DNA of 64,000 nucleotides from Synechococcus sp. (GTDB lineage: Bacteria; Cyanobacteriota; Cyanobacteriia; PCC-6307; Cyanobiaceae): assembly GCA_047285805.1 (NCBI GenBank), contig JBJBCN010000002.1:672001-736000 (forward strand). The letters run 5' to 3'. The notes beneath the pieces were generated by a model. The model was given only the letters and a program-made list of their open reading frames with translations, did no database searches and was not told the DNA's origin. A program made the position numbers and the translations under genes. Positions within the stretch are counted from its first letter, which is position 1. Every line of letters starts with the position of its first letter. This document shows positions 10,513-19,852 of this stretch, piece by piece.

Positions 10513-12243
10513 CTAGCCCGCGCGCTGTTGCAACCAGGCCTCCTGGGCCGCCTGCTGAACTGCACTCACTGTCGCCACCGGGGCGAGCACATAACGCTTC
10601 GGTTGGGCCGAGCCGCTGCAAAGCATCAGCTCCCGCAGGGCTGAGCGACGGGCCATGAGCAGGGGTTGGTTGTGCTCCGCCCGAAGCAGCGGTGAGATCT
10701 GCTCAGGCTGCGTCAGCCGCTGACCCGCCAGGCCAATCAGTTCATCACCCACCATCAGGCCAGCCCGTTCAGCAGGGCTATGACGCAGGACACGCTGAAC
10801 AACCAGTCGTCCAGCGTCCAGCCGCGTGGTCATCCCCGTCCATGGATGGCTGGACATCTCCGGCTCCAACGCCAGGCCTACATCCAACAGATAGCCAGAA
10901 CAATCCGGATCGTCGATGTCCGTCAACCAGTGCTGCAAGAGGGCCGCAACTCCGGGAACCTCGGCCTCGACAACAGCGAAGAGATCCGACTCCTTGTAAC
11001 CGCGGCGGTGACGTCCGTGGCTCTGCCAAAGGCTGCGAATGACCTTGGCAAGCGAACTGTGATGGCGCCTCAGGTGCAGGTCCAGACAGAGCGAGACCAC
11101 GGCCCCCTTGAGGTAGTAGCTGATCTGACTACTGGCGGAGTAGGCATCGGCCTTGTAGAGCTTGACCCACGCTGCCTCGCTGCTCTCGCGGAGGGTCTGC
11201 ACCTGACGCCCGGGACTCAGGAAGTAGCGGCTGAGGTCCTCACCAAGATCCTTGAAATAGTCAGCAGCAGACGTCAGCCCGGCCTGCAGGGGCAGAAGCT
11301 GGTCGAGGTAGCTGGTGACACCTTCGGCAAACCACAGGGTCGGAATCACCGTGGCTCGCTGGTAATCAATCGGTCGCAACTCCGCTGGGGTCAGGCGACG
11401 GACATTCCACTGGTGGAAGTACTCATGGGCGATCAGCTGCAGAAGCTTGCGGTAGCCGTTATCCGCTTCCAGGTTCCGTCGGCCGTAGACGAGAACGGTG
11501 CTGTCGTCGTGCTCAAGACCGCCATAGCCCTCATCCAGCAGATGGAGGATGAAGAGATAATCCGAACTGGCGGGCACGCCTTCCCCCATCAGTCGGCAAC
11601 ATGCCAGGCAGATCTGTTTGACATCGTCGAAGAACCTCGGGTGCCGCTCGACGAACCACGCTTCTGTGGCTGGATCGGAAAACCAAGTAACCCAGCGATG
11701 GGCGACGCCGTGGATCTGGAAATAGTGGTCCTGATGGGCCCCCGCTTCGATCGGACTGTCGATCAGATGATCCAGGTCTGATGCCAGCCATGCACCAGTG
11801 GCGTCCTGCCGTAAGGGAACAAAAGCCCTCCAGTCCTGGGGTAGACGGCAACGCAGCTGGTGGGGTTGCCAGCGTTTCCCCTCCACCTCAAGGACAACGG
11901 CGGCCAAGGCCAAAAAACCATGGTCCTGGTCGAGATGGCAGGTTCGGACCGTCAGCTCCGTGGCCATGACCGCATAGGTGATCGTCACCGGACCGCCGGC
12001 GGGATCGGCCTCAAGACACCAACTGGCCGGATCAGTCCGCGTAATCGATAGGTGTTGTCCCTGTTGGTGGGCGTTCAACCCCTCCAGCTGTTTGACGTAA
12101 TCACGGATCAGGTACGAGCCCGGGGTCCAGCCGGGAAGCGAGACCCGTTGTTTCCGCTGGGAGGCCTCAAAAACGAGCTGGACGCCCAAGAGGTGACTCT
12201 TAGGGTTGCTCAGATCAAGTTGGACCTGAACTAATCCAGTCAT
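10513..12243 (-). CDS. M61 glycyl aminopeptidase with C-terminal PDZ domain
   Basis: WTPGSYLIRDY, GGLEH, HEYFHQWN, LWFAEGVTSY, SYYLKG, SPAERAGL. Confidence 0.92.
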   Translation of the reverse strand: MTGLVQVQLDLSNPKSHLLGVQLVFEASQRKQRVSLPGWTPGSYLIRDYVKQLEGLNAHQQGQHLSITRTDPASWCLEADPAGGPVTITYAVMATELTVRTCHLDQDHGFLALAAVVLEVEGKRWQPHQLRCRLPQDWRAFVPLRQDATGAWLASDLDHLIDSPIEAGAHQDHYFQIHGVAHRWVTWFSDPATEAWFVERHPRFFDDVKQICLACCRLMGEGVPASSDYLFILHLLDEGYGGLEHDDSTVLVYGRRNLEADNGYRKLLQLIAHEYFHQWNVRRLTPAELRPIDYQRATVIPTLWFAEGVTSYLDQLLPLQAGLTSAADYFKDLGEDLSRYFLSPGRQVQTLRESSEAAWVKLYKADAYSASSQISYYLKGAVVSLCLDLHLRRHHSSLAKVIRSLWQSHGRHRRGYKESDLFAVVEAEVPGVAALLQHWLTDIDDPDCSGYLLDVGLALEPEMSSHPWTGMTTRLDAGRLVVQRVLRHSPAERAGLMVGDELIGLAGQRLTQPEQISPLLRAEHNQPLLMARRSALRELMLCSGSAQPKRYVLAPVATVSAVQQAAQEAWLQQRAG

Positions 12244-12253
12244 CGTTGTTGCT

Positions 12254-12598
12254 TCAGCTGATCAATTCAACGGAAGCGCTGGCGAGCTCCGTGGCTGCCG
12301 CTTCGAGAGCCCGAAGGGCGGCATAGGTTTGGGTGATCTGGCCCACCAGTTGTTGGACCGAGTGGGAGCGGCCGAGGCGTTGCAGATCCCCAACAAGCGC
12401 CAAACTACTGTCGCTCTGGCGCGTCCATCCCAACTGAAGTTCAGGAGTCACCTGGACCCACAGGGTTACAGGTTTACGTTGATCCGCAAAGCCTTTGAGC
12501 TGGCCGCCCCAGTGGACTAAATAGCCGAGGTCCTCGAGGGCCTGAGCGAGTAGCCGCTCGTCCTGGAGGACCGTTGGCAGGATGGAGAGATGGGACAT
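12254..12598 (-). CDS. DUF1257 (Ycf35-like) protein
   Basis: MSHLSILPTVL...ALEDLG...LVGDLQ...ITQTYA. Confidence 0.8.
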   Translation of the reverse strand: MSHLSILPTVLQDERLLAQALEDLGYLVHWGGQLKGFADQRKPVTLWVQVTPELQLGWTRQSDSSLALVGDLQRLGRSHSVQQLVGQITQTYAALRALEAAATELASASVELIS

Positions 12599-13276
12599 GG
12601 CCAGGACTCCACTTTTCACGACCCTAGCGGGGGTGAACTGGCCGTCCAGTGGCCGTTGCCACCAGCGCAGCCCATCGTCACCGAGCGACGCCTCCGCCTG
12701 GGGGTGATGGCCTCCGGATCCGGCAGCAACTTCGAGGCCCTGGTTCAGGCCTGCCAAAGAGATCAGCTTTGGGGCGATGTGGCGCTCTTGGTGGTCAACA
12801 ACCCGAACGCCGGGGCCTTGGAACGGGCGAAGCGCCTCGGGATTCAATTCCAGGTGCTGGACCATCGGCTCTATGCCTCCAGACAGGAGCTGGATCAGGC
12901 GCTGGTGACCAGCTTCAAAGCCGCCCAGGTGGACCTGGTGGTCATGGCCGGTTGGATGCGAATTGTGACCGACACGTTGATTCAGGCCTACCCCGAGCGG
13001 CTGATCAACATCCACCCCTCCCTCTTACCCAGCTTTCGAGGGGCCAAGGCCATTCACCAAGCGTTGGAGGCGGGCGTCAAGCTGACCGGCTGCACGGCCC
13101 ACCTCGTGGAGTTGGAGGTGGACACCGGACAGGTGCTGGTTCAGGCGGCGGTGCCGGTTCTGCCAGGGGACAGTGAGGCGAGCCTTTCGGAGCGCATTCA
13201 TCGCCAGGAGCACCGCATCCTGCCCCTGGCGGTGCAGCTCGCCGCTGAACGGATTGGCCTTCTCTATCAGGGGTAG
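12590..13276 (+). CDS. purN: Phosphoribosylglycinamide formyltransferase (start uncertain)
   Basis: ASGSGSNF, MAGWMRI, INIHPSLLPSF, GCTAHLV. Confidence 0.93.
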   Translation: MGHGQDSTFHDPSGGELAVQWPLPPAQPIVTERRLRLGVMASGSGSNFEALVQACQRDQLWGDVALLVVNNPNAGALERAKRLGIQFQVLDHRLYASRQELDQALVTSFKAAQVDLVVMAGWMRIVTDTLIQAYPERLINIHPSLLPSFRGAKAIHQALEAGVKLTGCTAHLVELEVDTGQVLVQAAVPVLPGDSEASLSERIHRQEHRILPLAVQLAAERIGLLYQG

Positions 13277-14340
13277 AAGGGCAGCAGGGGAAGCCCGGTT
13301 TCAGCGGGCAAACCCGCCATCAGATTCAGGCACTGGACACCCTGTCCCGCCTGTCCTTTGACCATGTTGTCGATCGCACTCATCACGATCAGCTGCCCGG
13401 TGCGCTGGTCTACCTGCACGGAAAGCAACGCCTTGTTGGTTTGACGCACCCACTTGGTTGAAGGATAGGTGCCGGCTGGCAGAACTTGAACGCAAGGGGC
13501 ATGGCGGTAGGCCGCCTCGAGAAGCGTCGTGCAGTCCTCAGCGGTCAGACCGGGATCCCGCAGCCGGCCATAGACAGTCGCCAGGAGGCCCCGAACCATC
13601 GGCGTCAGGTGCGGCGTGAACTGGAGCTGAATGCTGGCCCCCGCCGCACGACCGCATAGCTGCTCGATTTCACTGGTGTGGCGATGGCCGACGACGCCGT
13701 AGGGCGAGATGCCTTCAGATGCCTCCGCGAGAAGCAGATGCTCCTTTGCCGCCCGTCCGCCGCCACTGGTCCCAGTTTTGGCGTCGATGATGATGCCGCT
13801 GGTCTCGATCAGCCCCTGCTTTAGGAAAGGCGTCAACGCCAACAGGCTTGCCGTCGGGAAACAGCCCGGGGCTGCCACCAAGCGCGCCTGGGCGATCTTC
13901 TCCTGCTCCCATTCCACCAAGCCATAGACGGCTTCCTGGCAAAGGTTGGCGTCCTCGCGGGGGAACTCGCGGGCCTCTGAGGTGTAGACCTCCTTCCAAT
14001 GCTGCAGAGAGCTGTAGCGATAGTCAGCAGAGAGATCCACAACCTTGACCCCCCGCTCGAGCAGCGCGGGCGCCAGCCGGGAGGCCAGGCCATTGGGCAG
14101 ACTCAACAGCGCGAAGTCAGCTGCCTCGGCAATGGCATCCACCTGGGGGCTCTGCACCACCGGATCGCCCGGTAGGGGCAAAAAGGGCGTGATCTGACTC
14201 CAGCGCTTGCCGCTGCTGCGTTCCCCGCCGAGGAAGCTGACACTGAGTTCGGGATGGCCCTGAAGCAGCCGGAGCGTCTGCAGACCACCGTAGCCCGAGG
14301 CCCCGATCACGGCGACGCGCTGACTTGCCATGGAGTGCAC
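13267..14340 (-). CDS. argC: N-acetyl-gamma-glutamyl-phosphate reductase
   Basis: GASGYGG, DLSADYR, APGCFPT, HRHTSEI, IDNMVKGQAGQ. Confidence 0.96.
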   Translation of the reverse strand: MHSMASQRVAVIGASGYGGLQTLRLLQGHPELSVSFLGGERSSGKRWSQITPFLPLPGDPVVQSPQVDAIAEAADFALLSLPNGLASRLAPALLERGVKVVDLSADYRYSSLQHWKEVYTSEAREFPREDANLCQEAVYGLVEWEQEKIAQARLVAAPGCFPTASLLALTPFLKQGLIETSGIIIDAKTGTSGGGRAAKEHLLLAEASEGISPYGVVGHRHTSEIEQLCGRAAGASIQLQFTPHLTPMVRGLLATVYGRLRDPGLTAEDCTTLLEAAYRHAPCVQVLPAGTYPSTKWVRQTNKALLSVQVDQRTGQLIVMSAIDNMVKGQAGQGVQCLNLMAGLPAETGLPLLPFYP

Positions 14341-14462
14341 AGGGGAACAAAGAATCGTACCGGGCTTTATAAAAGTGTTAGTAAGCTTGGCTTTAGAGCC
14401 CGCCTTCCCTGAACCAGCCTCTGACCCAGGACGCGTTTCTCTTCGATTCCATCGCGGACGGT

Positions 14463-16040
14463 TTGGCCGCGATCCGCAATGGCGAGATGGTCGTGGTTGT
14501 GGATGACGAAAATCGCGAAAATGAGGGCGATCTGATCTGCGCCGCTCAGTTCGCCACCCCCGAGCAGATCAACTTCATGGCCACCGAAGCCCGGGGCCTG
14601 ATCTGCCTGGCCATGGAAGGTGAGCGGCTGGATGAACTTGATCTGCCCCTGATGGTGGATCGCAACACCGATAGCAACCAGACGGCCTTCACCGTTAGCG
14701 TCGATGCCGGCCCAGAAAGCGGTGTTTCGACGGGGATCTCCGCAGAGGACCGGGCCCGCACGATCCAGGTAGCCATCCACCCAGACACCCGTCCCAATGA
14801 TCTGAGGCGACCAGGTCACATCTTCCCATTGCGGGCCAAGCAGGGCGGCGTGTTGAAGCGTGCCGGCCACACCGAGGCCGCCGTCGACCTAGCCCAGATG
14901 GCAGGGCTCTACCCAGCCGGCGTGATTTGCGAGATCCAAAACGCCGACGGGTCCATGGCCCGGTTCCCCCAGCTGGCGAAGTACGCGCAGCGCCACGATC
15001 TGCGCTTCATCAACATCGCCGATCTGATCCGCTACCGCCTGGATACAGAACGCTTTGTGCGACGGCAGGCCGAAGCGATGTTGCCCAGTGCCTTTGGTCA
15101 GTTCCGCGCCATCGGCTATCGCAATGAACTGGATGGCTCCGACCACGTGGCCATCGTCAAGGGCAATCCCGAACAGACCTCGGGGCCTGTCCTGGTGCGG
15201 GTGCACAGCGAATGCCTCACGGGCGATGCCTTCGGCTCCTTGCGCTGTGATTGCCGCCCGCAACTGGAGTCAGCCCTGCGGATGATCGAGGAGGCCGGTG
15301 AGGGCGTCGTCGTTTACCTGCGGCAAGAGGGCCGAGGCATCGGCTTAATCAACAAATTGAAGGCCTACTCGCTGCAGGACGGCGGCCTGGACACCGTGGA
15401 GGCCAATGAGCGCCTGGGATTCCCCGCCGATCTGCGCAACTACGGCGTGGGGGCTCAGATCCTCAGTGATCTGGGAATTCACCGTCTGAAATTGATCACC
15501 AATAACCCGCGCAAAATTGCCGGTCTTGGCGGTTATGGCCTCGAAGTGGTCGACCGGGTCCCATTGGTCATGGATCCAGGCCAACACAACGTCAATTACC
15601 TGCAAACCAAACAGGTCAAATTGGGGCATCTCATGGACACCGGAGCTGCACATGGTCCCGCCGCTGTCCTGGCCTGGAAGCCGAGCTCTGGTCACGACGA
15701 CGCGACGAGCGCGACTCTCTTTCAGGAGCTCTACAGCTGGGCCGATCAGCAGGGTCTGGACCTGGAGCGCGAAGAGCACTCCCGTGTGCTGGCGCTGATG
15801 GATCAACCTGAGCTCGCTGTGCTGGTCAGCGGAGGAACGGCGGAGTTACTGCAGCAAATTCTTAAGACCATGTCGGCATGGCCCCAGACGCAAAGCGTGA
15901 GCATGCTGCTCGCTCCCGATGCCCAGCGCAGTTCACACCCAAGCAACACCCTGGAAGCCCAGCGACTTCCCCTGCAGGAACTGCAGTCGGGTCATGCGGG
16001 TGTTCCCCTCGAAAGCGGAGCCCTGCTGCGCTGGTGTTAA
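14463..16040 (+). CDS. ribBA: Bifunctional DHBP synthase/GTP cyclohydrolase II (true start probably further upstream)
   Basis: [50 protein letters not shown]. Confidence 0.96.
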   Translation: MAAIRNGEMVVVVDDENRENEGDLICAAQFATPEQINFMATEARGLICLAMEGERLDELDLPLMVDRNTDSNQTAFTVSVDAGPESGVSTGISAEDRARTIQVAIHPDTRPNDLRRPGHIFPLRAKQGGVLKRAGHTEAAVDLAQMAGLYPAGVICEIQNADGSMARFPQLAKYAQRHDLRFINIADLIRYRLDTERFVRRQAEAMLPSAFGQFRAIGYRNELDGSDHVAIVKGNPEQTSGPVLVRVHSECLTGDAFGSLRCDCRPQLESALRMIEEAGEGVVVYLRQEGRGIGLINKLKAYSLQDGGLDTVEANERLGFPADLRNYGVGAQILSDLGIHRLKLITNNPRKIAGLGGYGLEVVDRVPLVMDPGQHNVNYLQTKQVKLGHLMDTGAAHGPAAVLAWKPSSGHDDATSATLFQELYSWADQQGLDLEREEHSRVLALMDQPELAVLVSGGTAELLQQILKTMSAWPQTQSVSMLLAPDAQRSSHPSNTLEAQRLPLQELQSGHAGVPLESGALLRWC

Positions 16041-16097
16041 GCGCAACAGGGCTCTGAGGGGATCGGCTAAATGGGCTGTCTGCCAGCCCCAGCTGGA

Positions 16098-16538
16098 TCA
16101 GCCTTGGATGGTGACCTTGTTGATCCGGCTGCCATTCTTGAGGGCGTGAACCACGTCCATGTTTCCGGTGTGACCGAAGACGGTGTGGACGCCGTCAAGG
16201 TGGGGCTGGGCTTCGTGGCAGATGTAGAACTGCGAGCCACCGGTGTTTTTACCGGCGTGAGCCATGGCCAGAGTGCCGGCTTGGTGCTTCTTCGCGTTGA
16301 TCTCGCAGTCGATCTGATAGCCAGGGCCACCGGTGCCTGCCATGCCACGGGACCCCTCACGGCTGTTGGGGCAACCGCCTTGGGCCATGAAGCCAGGAAT
16401 CACACGGTGAAAGGCCAGGCCGTCATAGAAGCCGTCCTTGGCCAGTTTCACGAAGTTGGCCACGGTGTTGGGCGCGTCGGCTTCGAACATTTCCAGTTCG
16501 ATCGTGCCGGCATCGGTCTCCATCACGGCTTTGGTCAC
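16098..16538 (-). CDS. Cyclophilin-type peptidyl-prolyl isomerase
   Basis: [37 protein letters not shown]. Confidence 0.95.
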   Translation of the reverse strand: MTKAVMETDAGTIELEMFEADAPNTVANFVKLAKDGFYDGLAFHRVIPGFMAQGGCPNSREGSRGMAGTGGPGYQIDCEINAKKHQAGTLAMAHAGKNTGGSQFYICHEAQPHLDGVHTVFGHTGNMDVVHALKNGSRINKVTIQG

Positions 16539-16601
16539 GGTGAGATCGGCAGCAAACCGACTCAGTATGGGCGCTCCGGTAGAAGTGAGGAGATCTGATT
16601 A

Positions 16602-17519
16602 GTGGTGATGTCCGTCCCCTATTCCGTTGATCTCAGCCAAGCCCGCCTTGGGGTCCTCGGCGGCAGCGGGCTGTACACAATGGACGGTCTTGAGGACATC
16701 CAAGAACTCACGGTTGACACTCCCTTCGGTACCCCGTCAGACCAACTGCGCCTGGGTCGCTTAGGCGGAATGGAGGTGGTCTTCTTGGCCCGCCATGGCC
16801 GGCACCACACCTTCCTGCCGACGGAAGTGCCTTACCGGGCCAACATCTGGGCGATGCGCTCCCTTGGCGTCCGTTGGATTGTGTCTCCCTCCGCGGTCGG
16901 CTCTCTTCTACAGGAGATTCCGCCCCTAGACATGGTGGTCCCGGATCAATTCATCGATCGCACGCGGGATCGCCCAAAGAGCTTCTTCGGCGAAGGCGCG
17001 GTAGCCCACGTTGCCCTGGCTGACCCCTTCTGCCACAGCCTCAGCCGCATCTTGGCAGATGTCGCCGACAGCCTGATGCCCGATGGCCGCACCTTGCACC
17101 GCGGAGGGACCTACCTCTGCATGGAGGGTCCGGCGTTCTCCACCCGCGCTGAATCGAACCTCTATCGCAGCTGGGGCTGTTCGGTAATCGGGATGACGAA
17201 CCACACCGAGGCCCGGCTGGCCCGCGAGGCAGAAATCGCCTACGCAACCTTGGCGATGGCGACAGACTACGACTGTTGGTATGCCGACCACGACAGCGTG
17301 ACCGTCGAGATGGTGATCGGCAACCTGAAGGCCAATGCCGCCCTCGCTACCCAGATCGTCAAAACCACGGCTGAACGAATCGCGGCACTTAGGCCAGGGA
17401 GTCCGGCCCACCACGCCCTGAAGGATGCGCTGATGACGCCGGCCGATCAGGTTCCGGTTGTCACCCGGCGGAAGCTCAATCTGTTCACCGAGCCTTATTG
17501 GGGAGCGTTTACTGGCTAA
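16602..17519 (+). CDS. mtnP: S-methyl-5'-thioadenosine phosphorylase
   Basis: GGSGLY, LARHG, PDQFIDRT, EGPAFSTRAES, GMT, TDYDCW. Confidence 0.95.
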   Translation: MVMSVPYSVDLSQARLGVLGGSGLYTMDGLEDIQELTVDTPFGTPSDQLRLGRLGGMEVVFLARHGRHHTFLPTEVPYRANIWAMRSLGVRWIVSPSAVGSLLQEIPPLDMVVPDQFIDRTRDRPKSFFGEGAVAHVALADPFCHSLSRILADVADSLMPDGRTLHRGGTYLCMEGPAFSTRAESNLYRSWGCSVIGMTNHTEARLAREAEIAYATLAMATDYDCWYADHDSVTVEMVIGNLKANAALATQIVKTTAERIAALRPGSPAHHALKDALMTPADQVPVVTRRKLNLFTEPYWGAFTG

Positions 17520-18433
17520 GCGCTCAAGGCCTGCCGCAGATTGCCGCCCCAGTGCTCCAGCAGCTGGCGAGCTGCGGACAGCTCGAGGGAATGCCGTGCC
17601 ATCACCAGGGCGAGCTTGACGGACCCCCCACTGGCTTCAAGTAGGGCCCGGCCTTGATCACGGCTGACACCAGCCAGGTCGACCAAGATCCTTAGGGCTC
17701 GGTCTTCAAGTTTGCTGTTGGTGACCGCCACGTCGACCATGCGGTTGCCATAGACCTTCCCGAGCCGCACCATCACGCCAGTGCTCAGGATGTTGAGCGC
17801 CATCTTCGTGGCCGTCCCGGCCTTCAGACGGGTCGAGCCCGTCAGGACCTCTGGCCCGGTGACCAAACGGATATCGATCGCGCAAGGCATGGGGACCTGC
17901 TCGGCAGGAACGCAGGCCATGGCGATGGCTAAGGCATCGATGGAGTTGGCGTAGTTCAGCGCGCCATGGACATAGGGCGTGGTCCCACCAGCCGCGATGC
18001 CCACCAGGGCGTCTTGGGGGCCAAAATTCTTGGTCTGCAGATCCGACTGGCCGGCATCAAAACGGTCCTCAAGGCCCTCGGAACTGCGCAGCAGAGCTGG
18101 GACGCCTCCGGCCAAGACCCCCTGAACAAGCTCGGGCGGGCTGCAAAACGTTGGCGGGCACTCGGCAGCATCCAACACACCGAGGCGACCAGAGGTGCCG
18201 GCCCCCAGATAGAACAATCGCCCACCAGCCTGAAGGCGCTCGGCGATGGCCTCAATCGCATGGGCCAGCGCACCCGATGCGGCTGCAACGGCTTCTTGGG
18301 GTTTGCGATCCTCCGCCACAAACACCCGAACGAGCTCCTCGGTGCTGAGGGCGTCCAAGTCAGTACTCGCGGGATTGACCTGTTCGGTCAGCAGATGGCC
18401 CCGATGAACGTCCTCGAACGCGGAAGAGCTCAC
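17516..18433 (-). CDS. murQ: N-acetylmuramic acid 6-phosphate etherase
   Basis: GAGTSGRLGVLDAAECPPTF, GPEVLTGSTRLKAGTATK. Confidence 0.96.
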   Translation of the reverse strand: MSSSAFEDVHRGHLLTEQVNPASTDLDALSTEELVRVFVAEDRKPQEAVAAASGALAHAIEAIAERLQAGGRLFYLGAGTSGRLGVLDAAECPPTFCSPPELVQGVLAGGVPALLRSSEGLEDRFDAGQSDLQTKNFGPQDALVGIAAGGTTPYVHGALNYANSIDALAIAMACVPAEQVPMPCAIDIRLVTGPEVLTGSTRLKAGTATKMALNILSTGVMVRLGKVYGNRMVDVAVTNSKLEDRALRILVDLAGVSRDQGRALLEASGGSVKLALVMARHSLELSAARQLLEHWGGNLRQALSA

Positions 18434-18870
18434 AGCAACCCCTCGAGGCGCCGGCGGAAATCCTCCAATTCGCTGTTGCCCGTGCTGATGGGCTCCTCGA
18501 ACGGTGCGGCGGGTGCCTCGGCGGTTTGGGTGGCCTCCTGACCGGAATCGGGCTGGTCCCGCCAGGTGGTCACATCCATATTTTTTTCCGGGGGTGCAAT
18601 CAGCAGGCGTTCTTCGGCGGTCTGGGGCAGAAAACCACTGGGAACGAAACGAGCCTCGTACCCCGCGCTGGAACAGAACTCCTCCATCTCGCGCCGGTCA
18701 ATGGCGTCGACTGTGGGCATGGGAAAGTCCTGCGCTTCAAGCAAACCGGCGTAACGCTCCGCATCATCCCGATCCTCAAAGAGGAGGACCACCGTGGAAC
18801 CGTTCAGTTCGAGCGAGTGGATGCCCTCGTTCTCGCTGCCAGCGTCAAAGAGCAGAACGTGAACCGACAT
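18430..18870 (-). CDS. DUF3110 family protein
   Basis: VHVLLFDAGSENEGIHSL...DDAERYAGLLEAQDF...RRRLEGLL. Confidence 0.85.
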   Translation of the reverse strand: MSVHVLLFDAGSENEGIHSLELNGSTVVLLFEDRDDAERYAGLLEAQDFPMPTVDAIDRREMEEFCSSAGYEARFVPSGFLPQTAEERLLIAPPEKNMDVTTWRDQPDSGQEATQTAEAPAAPFEEPISTGNSELEDFRRRLEGLL

Positions 18871-18899
18871 CACAAACGCACGGGTCAATCCGCAGTCTC

Positions 18900-19847
18900 T
18901 CACTGATTGACCGCACGATCACGGCCCCCCTCAATTTCCTCAGCGAGCTGTTGCAGCCTGCGATACAGGGCTTCTTCGGCCTCGGTCAGCCCCTGGGGGA
19001 CAACCAGACGAATCTCGACCAACTGATCGCCACGTTGGTCTAAGCGACTCAAGCCACGCGAGCGCAACCGCAGCAGGCGGCCGCTCGAGGATCCAGGCGG
19101 AATGCGCAGTTGCACCGGACCATCCAGGGTGGGGACGACGGCCATACACCCCAAGGCTCCCTCGGCGGGGGAGAGCTCCAGTTGGTAGTGAACCCTCAAA
19201 CCATCAATGCGAAGGCCATCATCCGTGCGGACGCGCAGCTGCAAAAAATGATCCCGGCCACCGGGGGCCACCCCAGCCAAACGAAGACGCCATCCGTCAC
19301 CGGCCATGGCTGGGGTCCAAACCTCTATGGCTGTCCCGTCCGGCAGCTCCAACTCAATGCGAACACCATCAAGGGCCTGCTCAGGCGTGAGATCGACCAC
19401 CGATTCGAGCTCTTCGCTAGCGACTACAGGTGGCGGTGGCGGTGGCACCGGTGGCGTCACACCTCCCGGGGGGTGCTCGTCGTACGGCTCCTCGTCAGAG
19501 GCGTACTGGGCTGGACGTCGAGTCTCTCGGTGGAAGATGACGTCCAGATACTGCTCGAAGTCGGGGAAACCGGTCGCGAAGGGATCCAGGCCCGCCGCTG
19601 CAGCGGCGGCTTCATCCAGACCGGACTCCCATTGCTGCCGTCTCTGGGGGTCACTGAGTACAGCGTAGGCCTCGTTGACCGCCTTGAACTGTTCCTCGGC
19701 ATGGGGATCGTCCCCATTCAGGTCGGGATGCCAACGCCGGGCTTGTTGGCGAAAAGCACGCTTTAACGAAGAGGCATCCGCCCCTGGATTAAGGCCGAGG
19801 ACGGCCCAATGGTTAATTCTGCCCGTCTCGGACATCACAGGACTCAC
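18900..19847 (-). CDS. dnaJ: DnaJ-class co-chaperone (J domain plus C-terminal domain, no zinc finger)
   Basis: WHPD, FKAVNEAYAVLSD, LRLRSRG; directly downstream of dnaK. Confidence 0.9.
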   Translation of the reverse strand: MSPVMSETGRINHWAVLGLNPGADASSLKRAFRQQARRWHPDLNGDDPHAEEQFKAVNEAYAVLSDPQRRQQWESGLDEAAAAAAGLDPFATGFPDFEQYLDVIFHRETRRPAQYASDEEPYDEHPPGGVTPPVPPPPPPVVASEELESVVDLTPEQALDGVRIELELPDGTAIEVWTPAMAGDGWRLRLAGVAPGGRDHFLQLRVRTDDGLRIDGLRVHYQLELSPAEGALGCMAVVPTLDGPVQLRIPPGSSSGRLLRLRSRGLSRLDQRGDQLVEIRLVVPQGLTEAEEALYRRLQQLAEEIEGGRDRAVNQ

Positions 19848-19852
19848 CTCCG

